64,000 nucleotides of DNA from an uncultured Actinomycetes bacterium (lineage in GTDB: Bacteria > Actinomycetota > Acidimicrobiia > Acidimicrobiales > CADCSY01). The translations under genes and the position numbers were made by a program. How positions within the stretch are numbered: the stretch's first letter is position 1; each line of letters opens with the position of its first letter. The notes under the pieces were generated by a model, which saw only the letters and a list, made by a program, of their open reading frames with translations, was not told the origin of the DNA and did no database searches. This document shows, one piece after another, positions 17,224 through 26,781 of this stretch. The stretch is from positions 418,156 through 482,155 of the forward strand of contig CAVURO010000010.1 in NCBI GenBank assembly GCA_963743945.1, in the 5' to 3' direction.

Positions 17224-17806
17224 TGTGATAGCCTCTGAGCTGGTCCACCAGGCGAGAGCACATGCAAACCTGTCCGTTCGCGCTTTGGCCCAGGCATCCG
17301 GCGTCGCTGCAAGCACGATCCACCGTATCGAGCAAGGTGAGCTGAACCCGACCGTCGCCATGCTCGAGCGCATCGTCGAGGCTTCCGGCATGCGGCTCCA
17401 CATCGAGGCCCAGGATGACTACGCCGCCAGTGTCCTGGGGCTGGCTCGCTCCATCCACAAGGACATCAACCGAGGTGACACGAGCTCCCCGGTTCGCAAG
17501 GCCGCCGAACTGGCCCACCGATTTCACCACGCCGAGGGTCACACTCGTCACCGGATGATCGCCGCAGAACCCCCGACGACCGGTGACGCCCGTTGGGATG
17601 CGTTTGTCGCTGCGCTGGCCGAGTGGCTGGCGGTGCAGGCAGGCGACCACGTCCCCCAGTGGGCACGCGATGACACGCGTTACCTTCACCGTGGGTGGTG
17701 GGTCACGCCGATGAAGGCTGTACATGCCTGGGAATATGCCGGAACCCCCGCCTCCTTCCAGCATCGTGGGGTTTACATCCATCGTGACTCGCTGACCAAT
17801 GTGTAG
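17213..17806 (+). CDS. XRE-type HTH protein with ~130-aa C-terminal domain (putative antitoxin/regulator)
   Basis: LSVRALAQASGVAASTIHRIEQGELNPTVAMLERIV is a canonical XRE HTH. The C-terminal domain is unassigned. It lies 8 nt upstream of the nucleotidyltransferase gene. Confidence 0.8.
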   Translation: MLTSVIASELVHQARAHANLSVRALAQASGVAASTIHRIEQGELNPTVAMLERIVEASGMRLHIEAQDDYAASVLGLARSIHKDINRGDTSSPVRKAAELAHRFHHAEGHTRHRMIAAEPPTTGDARWDAFVAALAEWLAVQAGDHVPQWARDDTRYLHRGWWVTPMKAVHAWEYAGTPASFQHRGVYIHRDSLTNV

Positions 17807-17814
17807 AAGCCGCC

Positions 17815-18375
17815 ATGCTCACCCGTGAACGAATCATCGAGCTTTTCGCAGAGCTCAACAATGAGCTTTGCGACATGGGCATCCGAGGTGACATCTTCAT
17901 CGTGGGTGGTGCGGCGATGACACTTGCCTATGACGCCCGCCCTGCCACACGCGACATCGACGGTATTTGGCGCCCCTCCACCGAGGTTCGTGCCGCCGCT
18001 GCCCGGGTCGCTCAACGTCACGATGACCTGGGGCTCGATTGGCTCAACGACGGTGTAAAGGGATTCCTGCCAGGCGATGACCAAGGCAGTTCGAGGGTCG
18101 TCTACGACAACACGTGCCTCACGGTCTCCGCCGCCTCGCCGGAGTACCTGTTGGCCACCAAGCTGTTGGCGAGCCGAGTCAGTCGTGACGAGGATGACAT
18201 CCTCACGCTGTACGACCTCTGTGGGTTCGCCACGACAGACGAGGGGCTCGCACTGATCGAGCGCTACTACCCCGGAAAGCCGATCGAGGCGAAGGTCGGG
18301 TTCTTCCTTCAGGAACTGCTCGAATCAACCGCGGGCCACAGGACAACCCGGTTTCCTGAGGACCCGGTTTCCTGA
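17815..18375 (+). CDS. DUF6036-type minimal nucleotidyltransferase (putative toxin)
   Basis: FIVGGAAMTLAYDARPATRDIDGIW fits the NTase-fold GG-x(n)-D-x-D signature. 186 aa. Confidence 0.7.
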   Translation: MLTRERIIELFAELNNELCDMGIRGDIFIVGGAAMTLAYDARPATRDIDGIWRPSTEVRAAAARVAQRHDDLGLDWLNDGVKGFLPGDDQGSSRVVYDNTCLTVSAASPEYLLATKLLASRVSRDEDDILTLYDLCGFATTDEGLALIERYYPGKPIEAKVGFFLQELLESTAGHRTTRFPEDPVS

Positions 18376-18411
18376 GGACCCGGTTTCCTGAGGATCCGCG
18401 GGGCCTGAGGA
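18347..18411. repeat. 16-bp tandem repeat x3 plus a degenerate fourth unit, spanning the stop codon of the NTase gene
   Basis: cccggtttcctgagga at 18347-18362, 18363-18378 and 18379-18394, then tccgcggggcctgagga. The gene's TGA (18373-18375) is the ctgagg of unit 2. Confidence 0.9.
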
Positions 18412-18416
18412 TTCGA

Positions 18417-19757
18417 CTACTGGACGGGGTGGGCGAGACGGGCGGCGCCTTCGGAGTCGCCTGCGCTGACTGCCTCGAGCATGGGAACGAACGCCTTGGC
18501 GTCCTCGAAGAGGTCGAAGTTGGGGGCCAGGACGCGGGCGAGGCCGTCGAAGTAGAGAATCTGCTTGAAGAGCAGGACGAGCTGCGAAGGCAGGGGAAAC
18601 CCGTGCTGCGATGCGGTCTCGAGGGCTTCCTTGAGCAAGGTCCCGATGCGGATCTGGGAGAAGTCACCCGTGGCCAGATGACGAGCCGCGACCTCGGCCA
18701 TCGCCTCGCCCGCTCCGGGACCCACCAGACCGTGAGCCTGCAACATGAGCAGGCCCGTGCCGAAACGGGTGAAATCGTTGGTGAACACCGCAAGCAGGAT
18801 CTCGGCGCATCCCTGCTGATCGATCAGCTCGACAAAGCCCACGATGCCGAAATCGACCATGACCACCTGGCCGTTGGGACCCACCAGGATGTTGCCCCCG
18901 TGACCATCGGCATGAAAACAGCCGTGGACGAATGCCGATTCCAACAAGCCCCCGAGCACGGCATGCAGCACCTGCTCAGGCTTGGCGCCCAGCGCGACGA
19001 GCTCGTCGTGATCACGGACGGCGACGGCCTCGACGAACTCCATGACCACCACCCGGCTCGTGCACAGGTCGAGGTCGGGAACCGGCACCTTGATGTCCCA
19101 GGTGGCGAGCACGGGCGCCAGGGCGCCCATGGCTTCGGCCTCCTTGCGAAAATCGAGTTCTCGTTCCAGGCCGATGCCGAGGTCGTCGATGGCAGCGACG
19201 AGACGCAGCGCTTCGAGGCGGGGCCGAACCTTGATCGCCATGCCGGCGGCATTGCGCAGGAGTCGGAGATCGGCGGCGAGCCCGTCGAGGATGCCCGATC
19301 GCTGCACCTTGACGGCAACGGGTCGCGAGCCGTCGAGTGTGGCTCGATAGACCTGGGCAACCGATCCGGCGGCCACCGGTGTCGGGTCGAGCTCCAGGCG
19401 ACTCGCCTGGTCTCCCAGATCCTCGGCGAGGGTTCGTCGGACGACCTCGAGGGGCTGGGGAGCAACACCGTCGTGAAGCCCCTGAAGAATCGTGGCCAGC
19501 CGGGGTGGGAAGGTGCCCGGGCTGGCGGCGACCAACTGACCGAGCTTCACCCACGACGGGCCCAGCTGCTCGGCGGTGCGGTGCAGCATCGTGCGCCGTG
19601 TCCTCGGGAGCCAGACGTCGATCGCCACCCGGCGGGCGGCTACGGCCCCGATGGCGCCCATACGCCTGGTGAGCGCAAACCGGGGAGCGGGCTGCGTGAG
19701 ATGCCACGGAAGCTTCTCGTCGTTCGTGGTTGTCAAAGCGGTCGCAGTCCTCTCCAT
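18417..19757 (-). CDS. ABC1/UbiB family atypical kinase
   Basis: 446 aa. LGPSWVKLGQLVAASPGTFP, VAVKVQRSGI and FHADGHGGNILV match ABC1-kinase motifs. Confidence 0.88.
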   Translation of the reverse strand: MERTATALTTTNDEKLPWHLTQPAPRFALTRRMGAIGAVAARRVAIDVWLPRTRRTMLHRTAEQLGPSWVKLGQLVAASPGTFPPRLATILQGLHDGVAPQPLEVVRRTLAEDLGDQASRLELDPTPVAAGSVAQVYRATLDGSRPVAVKVQRSGILDGLAADLRLLRNAAGMAIKVRPRLEALRLVAAIDDLGIGLERELDFRKEAEAMGALAPVLATWDIKVPVPDLDLCTSRVVVMEFVEAVAVRDHDELVALGAKPEQVLHAVLGGLLESAFVHGCFHADGHGGNILVGPNGQVVMVDFGIVGFVELIDQQGCAEILLAVFTNDFTRFGTGLLMLQAHGLVGPGAGEAMAEVAARHLATGDFSQIRIGTLLKEALETASQHGFPLPSQLVLLFKQILYFDGLARVLAPNFDLFEDAKAFVPMLEAVSAGDSEGAARLAHPVQ

Positions 19758-19787
19758 CTGTGCCCGGCCAACGGTACCGGCGTTCGA

Positions 19788-20111
19788 TCAGGTCTCGTCG
19801 ATCAGGTTTATCCGCTGTTGACCCGTTGCGGCCAACTCGGCGGCCTCCGCGAGAGCGAAACAGGTCTCGGTGATGCCGTGGGCTGCATGACTCACGATGT
19901 CGATCACGACCTTGTTCCAGCTGTTGGACCAGTCGGGATGGTGGTCGAGTCGCTCGGCGGCATCCGCCACCTCGGTCATGAACGCGAAGGCGGCCTCGAA
20001 GTCGACGAAGGTGAACTCCTTGTGCAGGCTCCCACCGACCACCGACCACCCGTCCAATGCGACCAGTCGAGCGTCGATCTCCCCTGGGGTCAGCAATGCA
20101 GCACACACCAT
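19788..20111 (-). CDS. 4a-hydroxytetrahydrobiopterin (pterin-4a-carbinolamine) dehydratase
   Basis: Start at ATG 20111. LDGWSV...KEFTFVDFEAAFAFMTEVADAAERLDHHPDW fits the PCD family. Confidence 0.85.
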   Translation of the reverse strand: MVCAALLTPGEIDARLVALDGWSVVGGSLHKEFTFVDFEAAFAFMTEVADAAERLDHHPDWSNSWNKVVIDIVSHAAHGITETCFALAEAAELAATGQQRINLIDET

Positions 20112-20334
20112 TCGACCTCCCTGGTGACTCACCTGTCCGCCGGGCCACTTGTGATGTCCGGTCCGGTGCAACGGTAACCGGCCCGGTCCACGTTGGGCAG
20201 TCCGTCCCGGCTCTTCACGTGATGGGGGCGATCTTGTCAGGCGACCACGCCGACTGCGAGAATGCCGACGACCGGACCGACTGGCATGGTGGAGGCACCC
20301 CGATGTGGGTGGCTATCCACGGGGGAGATGGACC

Positions 20335-21624
20335 ATGGAAGCGACCAGCGCCGCTGAGATCACCGTTCGCACCGATGTTCGAGCATGGCTCGATGCCAAC
20401 TGGGACCCCGACCTCACCCTGCGGGCATGGTGGAAGACCCTCGGCGAGTCCGGCTGGGGCTTCCCCACGTGGCCCACCGACTGGTTCGGCAAGGGACTGT
20501 CGGGCGAGCTCGCCGGCGTGGTTCGCGACCAATTCGCCCGTGCCGGGGCCCTGGGCCCTCCAGGGGGACTCGGTCAGGGACTTGCCGCTCCGACCATCAT
20601 CAACCACGCAACCGAGGAGCAGAAGGAACGCTATCTCCGCCCCCTCGCCACCGGCGCCGAGGCGTGGTGTCAGCTCTTCAGCGAGCCGGGCGCCGGTTCC
20701 GATCTGGCGAGCCTCCAGACCCGGGCGGTCAAGGACGGTGACGAATGGGTTGTCAACGGACAGAAGGTGTGGACCTCCGGAGCGCAGGTCGCCGACCGGG
20801 GAATGCTGGTCGCTCGCACCAACATCGACGCGCCCAAGCATCGGGGCATCACCTATTTCATCATCGACATGGACCAGCCGGGCATCGAGATCCGCCCCCT
20901 CAAGCAGATGAACGGGGCCTCCCAGTTCAACGAGGTCTTCTTCACCGACGCCCGAGTTTCGGATGCCAACATCATCGGCGACCGGGACGCCGGCTGGGGT
21001 GTGGCCGTGACCACACTGGCCTTCGAACGCTCGGGCATCGGCGGTGGTGGCAGCCTGATGGGCGCCGGCGGCCTGCCGGGCGAGAAGGCGGGGCTGCTCG
21101 ACCTGCGGGTGGGTGACATCCTCGAGGGCAAGGGCCCCAAGGCCGAGGGGTCGTCCTCCATGGCCTTCTTCGGCCGTTCGGCCAAGTTGACCCGCCAACT
21201 CGCCCAGTCCATGGGCAAGACCGATGACCCCGTGGTGCGCCAAGGTCTGGCCCACCTCCACTCGCTCGAGGAGATCGCCCGCTACACCACCCTGCGGGCA
21301 AAGGCTGCCATCCAGGCGGGAGGGCGTCCGGGACCCGAGACCTCGACCGGCAAGCTTGCGGCGGCCAACCTCATGCGGACCGCACGTGACCTGGGCATGG
21401 GCATCATCGGCGCTCACGGCATGCTCAACGGGAGCGACGCCCCACTCGGTGGCGCGATGCAGATGCTCACCCTCTCGAGCCCGTCGATCGCCATCGCCGG
21501 CGGGTCGGACCAGATTCAGCGAAACATCATCGGCGAGCGTGTGCTCGGCCTGCCCCGCGAGCCCTCCGTCGACAAGGACGTTGCCTTCCGGGACCTGAAG
21601 GTGGGGACCCAACGAGCCGGCTGA
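20335..21624 (+). CDS. acyl-CoA dehydrogenase
   Basis: Start at ATG 20335 (MEATSAAEI). WCQLFSEPGAGSDLASLQTRA, WVVNGQKVWTSGA and IAGGSDQIQRNIIGERVLGLP are present. Confidence 0.9.
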   Translation: MEATSAAEITVRTDVRAWLDANWDPDLTLRAWWKTLGESGWGFPTWPTDWFGKGLSGELAGVVRDQFARAGALGPPGGLGQGLAAPTIINHATEEQKERYLRPLATGAEAWCQLFSEPGAGSDLASLQTRAVKDGDEWVVNGQKVWTSGAQVADRGMLVARTNIDAPKHRGITYFIIDMDQPGIEIRPLKQMNGASQFNEVFFTDARVSDANIIGDRDAGWGVAVTTLAFERSGIGGGGSLMGAGGLPGEKAGLLDLRVGDILEGKGPKAEGSSSMAFFGRSAKLTRQLAQSMGKTDDPVVRQGLAHLHSLEEIARYTTLRAKAAIQAGGRPGPETSTGKLAAANLMRTARDLGMGIIGAHGMLNGSDAPLGGAMQMLTLSSPSIAIAGGSDQIQRNIIGERVLGLPREPSVDKDVAFRDLKVGTQRAG

Positions 21625-21690
21625 ACCAATGAACGCCGGCACACCGACGGTGAGGGCCTGAGAACCATGGCCCGCCGGAGGCCGGCCACC

Positions 21691-24246
21691 TCAGGAAACC
21701 AGTCGTTGGAACAGCGCGCCGACCCCCGGGGACGGTAGCGGTCGGTGGAGATAGAAGCCCTGGCCGGAGTCGCAGCCCATGCGCACGAGCTCGGTGAACT
21801 GCGCTCGCGTCTCGATGCCCTCGGCCACAACCGCCAGACCAAGCTCGTGCGCAAGCTGGATCACCGACGCAACGATCGCTCGATCCGACGCTTGGCTCTC
21901 CATGTTGGCGACAAAGGAGCCGTCGATCTTGAGCTCCGCCAGCGGATAGCGGGCCAGGTACGCCAGGGACGACCAGCCCTTGCCGAAATCGTCGACGGCC
22001 AGGCGGACATCGAGATCGGCCAGGGCGATGACCGTTTCGAGCACCTCGGGAGAATCGCCCATCATCACGCCCTCGGTGATCTCCAACACCAACTGGGAAG
22101 GGGGAAGGTTGCTCGTGGCCAACGCCTCGATCACCATGTCGACGCACCCGGGCTCGCCCAACTGCAGCGCCGAGAGGTTCACCGCGATGCAGGGGGCGTC
22201 GTCGCCGATCGACCGTTGCCACGCTCGAGCCTCGTGGCAGGCCCCGTTGAGCACGAACCGGCCGAGGTCGCCGATCATCCCGGTCTCCTCCGCAACGGGG
22301 ATGAACTCGTCGGGCGGGATCATGCCGCGGCGGGGATGGTTCCAGCGCGCCAGTGCCTCGACGGAGACGACCATCCCTGTCGAGAGCGAGACGATCGGTT
22401 GATAGGCGATCGTGAGCCCGCCGTCGGCAAGCGCTCGACGCAGATCGGTCTCGGTCTCCATCCGTCGCCGAGCGCTCGCCCGAAGATCGAGATCGAAAAG
22501 CTCGTAGCGCGACCGGCCGGACCGCTTGGCCTGGTACATCGCCAGATCGGCGTCACGCAACAACGTCGTCGCCTCGATCGATCCGGCGCCTTCGTTGCTC
22601 GCCACGCCGATGGAACAGGAGATCACCAGCTCCTGTCCATCGATCATGAAGGGCTTGGTGAACTCCTCCAGGATCACGGCGGCAAAGGCCGCGGCGTCGT
22701 CGCTGGTCGAGGAGACCAGCTGTATGGCGAACTCGTCGGCTCCGATTCGCGCAACCATGCCTTTCGGCCCCCCGGTGGCCAACAGGCGCGCCGCTGCCAG
22801 ATCGAGCAGTTGATCGCCCAAACGATGGCCCAGGCTGTCGTTGACGGTCTTGAACCGATCGATGTCGCAGACCAGCACGGAGACCAAGCCGGCTCGGAGG
22901 CTGTCGGCCAGTTGGTCGAGGAACCAGGCGCGGTTGGGAAGGCCGGTGAGACGATCGTGGGAGACCTCATGCGCCAGCCGGTCCTCCAGGCCGTGGGTTT
23001 CCTGAAGATGGCGGGCTGCGTCGAAGGCCGCTCCGACCTGAGCTGCCAAGAGCTCGAGGCACTCGAGCTCTGCCGCTGTCGGCGCTCGCAACGTCGATGT
23101 TGCCGAGACCATCACCCCGAGCATGTCCCCTTCGCCCCAGATCGGCACGCCAACCACCAGGCCGAAACCCACCTGGCGCAAGAAGCGCCACGGATGGTCG
23201 CTGCCGGTGTCCGCATCCAGGATGACGGTTCCACGTTGGGTGTGAACCGCACGGACGATGCTCGACTCGTACCGGTCGAGCGGATGTTCCTGCCCGTCGC
23301 ACTCTTGACCGTCGGACTCGTGCCCGTCGGACTCCTGCCCTTCGCGAAAGGGCGTCCAGGAACCTCGGCGGTTCGTGCCGAACACCTCCATGGTCTCGAA
23401 TCCGATGGTCCTGCCACCCTCGAGTGCCGCGTCGAGCACCCGAGCGCTGTCGAAGGTCGTCATCGCCCGACCGGTCTCGGCTGCGACCCGCAACAGGTCG
23501 GCACGACCCCGAGCGGCGATTTCCTGGCGTTTGACGCGCTTCAATTGGCGCATCAGGACGTCGGCCAACAGGCCCATCAACAGGCCCAGCATCATGACGG
23601 TGACGAGTTGCCAGACGACCACGCCGACATCCAAGGGCTGGTCCGCCACGTTGCCGACCACCTCGGCGATCACGACATAGGCCACCCCGGTCCCGAACCA
23701 GGTCATCGCTGCCGCCTGCATGCCGAAACGAGCAGCCGCTCCCGTGATCGGAAAGAGCAGCATCACATAGCCGAGCTCACGTCCTTCGTACACCATCTCC
23801 GCCAGGAAGACGAGGACCACTGCGCTGTCGAGCACCAACTCGATCCTCGCCGAACGAACCAGCCTCGCGAAGCTCTGTCCGCGCGCTCGACGCGAAAAGG
23901 CATTGGCGGCGCAAAGCGGTACCAGGAGGCCGAGCGTGATCAACCAACGATTGAGACCTGGATCGTTCCCGGCGGGGGGCGGCGATACAAGAAAGCGCCC
24001 AACCGCCACGACCATGACCGTTCGACGAACGGTGTGAATCAGCCGGCCGATTTCGTCGAACCGCTCCCGATCAACATCGCGGAAGAGATCGAGGACGTCG
24101 CCGGGAACGGACAACGACCGATCGTGCAGCCGAAATGCGAACACGAACAAGGCTACCGCACTCGCACGCCGATCACCCGAAGTTCCTGCAGAACCGCAGG
24201 CAGCCGATCGGATCATCCTCCGTGCGCCTTCGGCAGTCGTGGGCAA
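21691..24246 (-). CDS. membrane-anchored GAF-GGDEF-EAL signalling protein
   Basis: Multi-TM N-terminus. GGDEF domain with a variant RIGADEF motif. EAL domain (EALARWNHP, DDFGKGWSSL). Start uncertain (24246 or the internal Met at 24216). Only 23 nt downstream of the sufC stop. Confidence 0.85.
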   Translation of the reverse strand: MPTTAEGARRMIRSAACGSAGTSGDRRASAVALFVFAFRLHDRSLSVPGDVLDLFRDVDRERFDEIGRLIHTVRRTVMVVAVGRFLVSPPPAGNDPGLNRWLITLGLLVPLCAANAFSRRARGQSFARLVRSARIELVLDSAVVLVFLAEMVYEGRELGYVMLLFPITGAAARFGMQAAAMTWFGTGVAYVVIAEVVGNVADQPLDVGVVVWQLVTVMMLGLLMGLLADVLMRQLKRVKRQEIAARGRADLLRVAAETGRAMTTFDSARVLDAALEGGRTIGFETMEVFGTNRRGSWTPFREGQESDGHESDGQECDGQEHPLDRYESSIVRAVHTQRGTVILDADTGSDHPWRFLRQVGFGLVVGVPIWGEGDMLGVMVSATSTLRAPTAAELECLELLAAQVGAAFDAARHLQETHGLEDRLAHEVSHDRLTGLPNRAWFLDQLADSLRAGLVSVLVCDIDRFKTVNDSLGHRLGDQLLDLAAARLLATGGPKGMVARIGADEFAIQLVSSTSDDAAAFAAVILEEFTKPFMIDGQELVISCSIGVASNEGAGSIEATTLLRDADLAMYQAKRSGRSRYELFDLDLRASARRRMETETDLRRALADGGLTIAYQPIVSLSTGMVVSVEALARWNHPRRGMIPPDEFIPVAEETGMIGDLGRFVLNGACHEARAWQRSIGDDAPCIAVNLSALQLGEPGCVDMVIEALATSNLPPSQLVLEITEGVMMGDSPEVLETVIALADLDVRLAVDDFGKGWSSLAYLARYPLAELKIDGSFVANMESQASDRAIVASVIQLAHELGLAVVAEGIETRAQFTELVRMGCDSGQGFYLHRPLPSPGVGALFQRLVS

Positions 24247-24269
24247 CCACTCGTACCTCCAACCGACCC

Positions 24270-25088
24270 CTACGCCAGAGGGTCGGCGAAGGGATCGACG
24301 GAGGCCGATTGCTTGGAGGAACCCGCCTGAGAAAGGGTCGAGGCCTCCTCGTCGCCGAGGTAGGCCGCGTAGCCGTCACGTTCCAGCTCGTGGACCAACT
24401 CGGGTCCTCCGGTTGCGACGATACGACCCTTCACCAGGACGTGGACCACGTCGGGCCGCAGCTCGGTGAGCAGGCGTTGGTAGTGGGTGATGGCCAACAC
24501 GCCCAGGCCGTTCTCGTGGGTCTCGGCTTCGACGCGTCTGCTCACGTCGACGAGGGCATCCACATCAAGGCCCGAGTCGATCTCGTCGAGGATGGCAAAG
24601 CGTGGCCGGAGCACACCCAGTTGCAGCGTCTCGTTGCGCTTCTTCTCACCACCGGAGAGGTCGACGTTCAGGGGCCGAGCGAGGAAACGCTCGTCGAACC
24701 CGATGCGCTCCGCCTCGGTGACCATCAACGCGTGCACGTCGCTGCTCGCGCGTCCCGCGGTGACGAGGGCCTCGTGCAACATCGACTCGAGCGACACACC
24801 TGGCACTTCCGTGGGGTACTGCATCGCGAGGAAGAGGCCGGCCCGGGCGCGCTCCCAGGTGGCCAGGCTCAACAGGTCGAGCCCCTCAAGGGTGACCGAT
24901 CCGCCGAGGACCCGGTAACCGGGCTTGCCCATGAGCACATGCGACAGCGTCGACTTGCCCGAACCGTTTGGCCCCATGACGGCGTGCACCTCGCCGCTTC
25001 GCACAACGAGGTCGATGCCGCGAAGGATCTCTTTGCCGTCGACGCCGGCACAGAGGCCTTCGATGACCAGCTCGCCTGTCGCGTTCAT
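24270..25088 (-). CDS. sufC: Fe-S cluster assembly ATPase SufC (paralog 2)
   Basis: GPNGSGKST, LSGGEKKRNETLQ and AILDEIDSGLD. Carries a ~25-aa C-terminal tail absent from paralog 1. Roughly 45% identical to paralog 1 by eye. Confidence 0.9.
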   Translation of the reverse strand: MNATGELVIEGLCAGVDGKEILRGIDLVVRSGEVHAVMGPNGSGKSTLSHVLMGKPGYRVLGGSVTLEGLDLLSLATWERARAGLFLAMQYPTEVPGVSLESMLHEALVTAGRASSDVHALMVTEAERIGFDERFLARPLNVDLSGGEKKRNETLQLGVLRPRFAILDEIDSGLDVDALVDVSRRVEAETHENGLGVLAITHYQRLLTELRPDVVHVLVKGRIVATGGPELVHELERDGYAAYLGDEEASTLSQAGSSKQSASVDPFADPLA

Positions 25089-25402
25089 GGCAACACCACC
25101 CAGACCGAACCGCCCTCGACCTCGACCTCATAGGTGGGAACCGGTTGCGTCGCCGGCAGGACGTCGGGACACCCGGTCTCCAGCGAGAACGAGCTGCCGT
25201 GCTTCCAGCATTCGATGTGGCGATTCTCCACATGGACCTCACCTTCGCTGAGGGCGATGTTGGCATGACTGCAACGATCGTTGAGGGCGTAGAAGTCCTC
25301 CTCGATGCGGACCAGCACGATCTTCGTCCCCGCCTCGACAAATGGACGAGCGGTGCCGGACGTGATCTCGTCGACGCCGCACAGTCGTGCTCGGACGCTC
25401 AT
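25085..25402 (-). CDS. Rieske [2Fe-2S] ferredoxin-like protein embedded in the suf operon
   Basis: CSH...CWKHGS Rieske ligand pattern. 4-nt overlaps with sufD and sufC. Confidence 0.85.
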   Translation of the reverse strand: MSVRARLCGVDEITSGTARPFVEAGTKIVLVRIEEDFYALNDRCSHANIALSEGEVHVENRHIECWKHGSSFSLETGCPDVLPATQPVPTYEVEVEGGSVWVVLP

Positions 25403-26724
25403 CGGCTTCCCTCCCGGGCAGTGGAGCCCGGCTCCTCGAGCTCTCGGCGGTCGAGCTTGGCGACCACCTCGGCCCGAAGGCGCTCAACCACGCCGGCAAC
25501 CGGGAGGCGCTCGAGCACCTCATCGAAGAATCCCAGCACGATGAGCCGTTCGGCCATCGTCGGTGTCACGCCCCGACTCTCCAGATAGAAGCGCTGCTCC
25601 TCGTCGATCGGGCCAACGGCCGAGGCATGAGAACATCGCACGTCGTTGTTCTCGATCTCCAGCGTGGGGACCGACTCGGCCCAGGCGCCATGGGACAGCG
25701 TGATGTTGCGATTGGTCTGGGAGGCATTGACGCCCGCCCCGTCCTTGCCGATGTGCACGAGACCTGAATAGACGGAGCGAGAATGGCCCTGCACGGCTCC
25801 CTTGAACAACAGGTTGCTGGTCGTGCGCGGCGCGACGTGATGCTGGGTCGTGCGGACATCGTGCATCTGGCCTGCCTCGCCGAAGTAGACGGCCAACATG
25901 GTGGCCGACCCACCCTGGCCCGCCAACGTGGAACCGACACGCGAGCGTGCGTAGTCCCCGCCGAGCGCGACCATCGATGTGTTCAACGTTGCATCGCGCT
26001 CGACGTTGCCCGCCTGGCGGCCCAGCTGCCAGACCCGTGGTCCCAACAGCTGTGCATCGAGGTACGAGACATGTGCGCCGGGCCCGGCATCGAGCTCGAC
26101 CACCGGAATCACCAACGCATCGAGATCACTCGACTCGTGATGCATGAGCACGGTCATCTGGCTGTCGGCGCCCGCCTGGACGACCAGATGGGGACAGGAG
26201 ACTCCGCCGTCCACACTCAGCTGGTGCAGCACGACAAAGGGGGCTTCGACCACGACCCCGGCCGGCACCGCCACGAGGATCGGGTCGACCATCAGCGCGT
26301 CATGCAGGATCGCGATGCCGTCGTCGGCGGCGGGCACGGCCAACGTGCCGAGGCTCTTGGCCGGTCCCTCCCCATCGGCGTCGAGCTCGCCGAGGCGCCC
26401 GAGTTGGACGCCCTTGGCCGCGAGCTCCTCGTCCAGCAGGACATAGGTCACCCAGCCATCACGAACGACAACGACGCCCGCCGCATCCTCCAGCGCGTCG
26501 AGCACCGGTTGGAGCTCGACGGGAACAGCCTTTGCCTGCGCCGGAGGTTCTTCGACGACCGGCGTGTACCGATCGAGGTCGAGGTCGTCGACGCGGCTGT
26601 AGCGCCAGATCTCGGCCTCGGAAGTGGGAAGGGGTGCAGCCGCGAAACGAGCGACAGCGTCGTTGCGACGAGTCCGGAGCCACGCCGGGCCGGCGAGTCC
26701 CGAGACGCCATCAAGGGTGAACAT
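25399..26724 (-). CDS. sufD: Fe-S cluster assembly protein SufD
   Basis: 441 aa directly downstream of sufB. C-terminal SHGAWAESVPTLEIENNDVRCSHASAVGPIDEEQRFYLESRG fits the SufBD family. Confidence 0.9.
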   Translation of the reverse strand: MFTLDGVSGLAGPAWLRTRRNDAVARFAAAPLPTSEAEIWRYSRVDDLDLDRYTPVVEEPPAQAKAVPVELQPVLDALEDAAGVVVVRDGWVTYVLLDEELAAKGVQLGRLGELDADGEGPAKSLGTLAVPAADDGIAILHDALMVDPILVAVPAGVVVEAPFVVLHQLSVDGGVSCPHLVVQAGADSQMTVLMHHESSDLDALVIPVVELDAGPGAHVSYLDAQLLGPRVWQLGRQAGNVERDATLNTSMVALGGDYARSRVGSTLAGQGGSATMLAVYFGEAGQMHDVRTTQHHVAPRTTSNLLFKGAVQGHSRSVYSGLVHIGKDGAGVNASQTNRNITLSHGAWAESVPTLEIENNDVRCSHASAVGPIDEEQRFYLESRGVTPTMAERLIVLGFFDEVLERLPVAGVVERLRAEVVAKLDRRELEEPGSTAREGSR

Positions 26725-26781
26725 GAAAACGGGTGAGCCTTTCTCGCACGGGGAGGGGAGGAGGAGCGGGCGACGGGCAGC

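Noticed and set aside
23290-23340. 15-bp in-frame repeats inside the GGDEF-EAL gene (encoding SDGHE/SDGQE/CDGQE)
   Set aside because: This is an in-frame acidic low-complexity linker between domains. It is ordinary for large signalling proteins and is not treated as a separate feature.
21745-24330. 861-aa plus-strand ORF antisense to the GAF-GGDEF-EAL gene
   Set aside because: The reasoning is the same. The minus-strand frame carries GGDEF/EAL motifs and the plus-strand translation is low-complexity.
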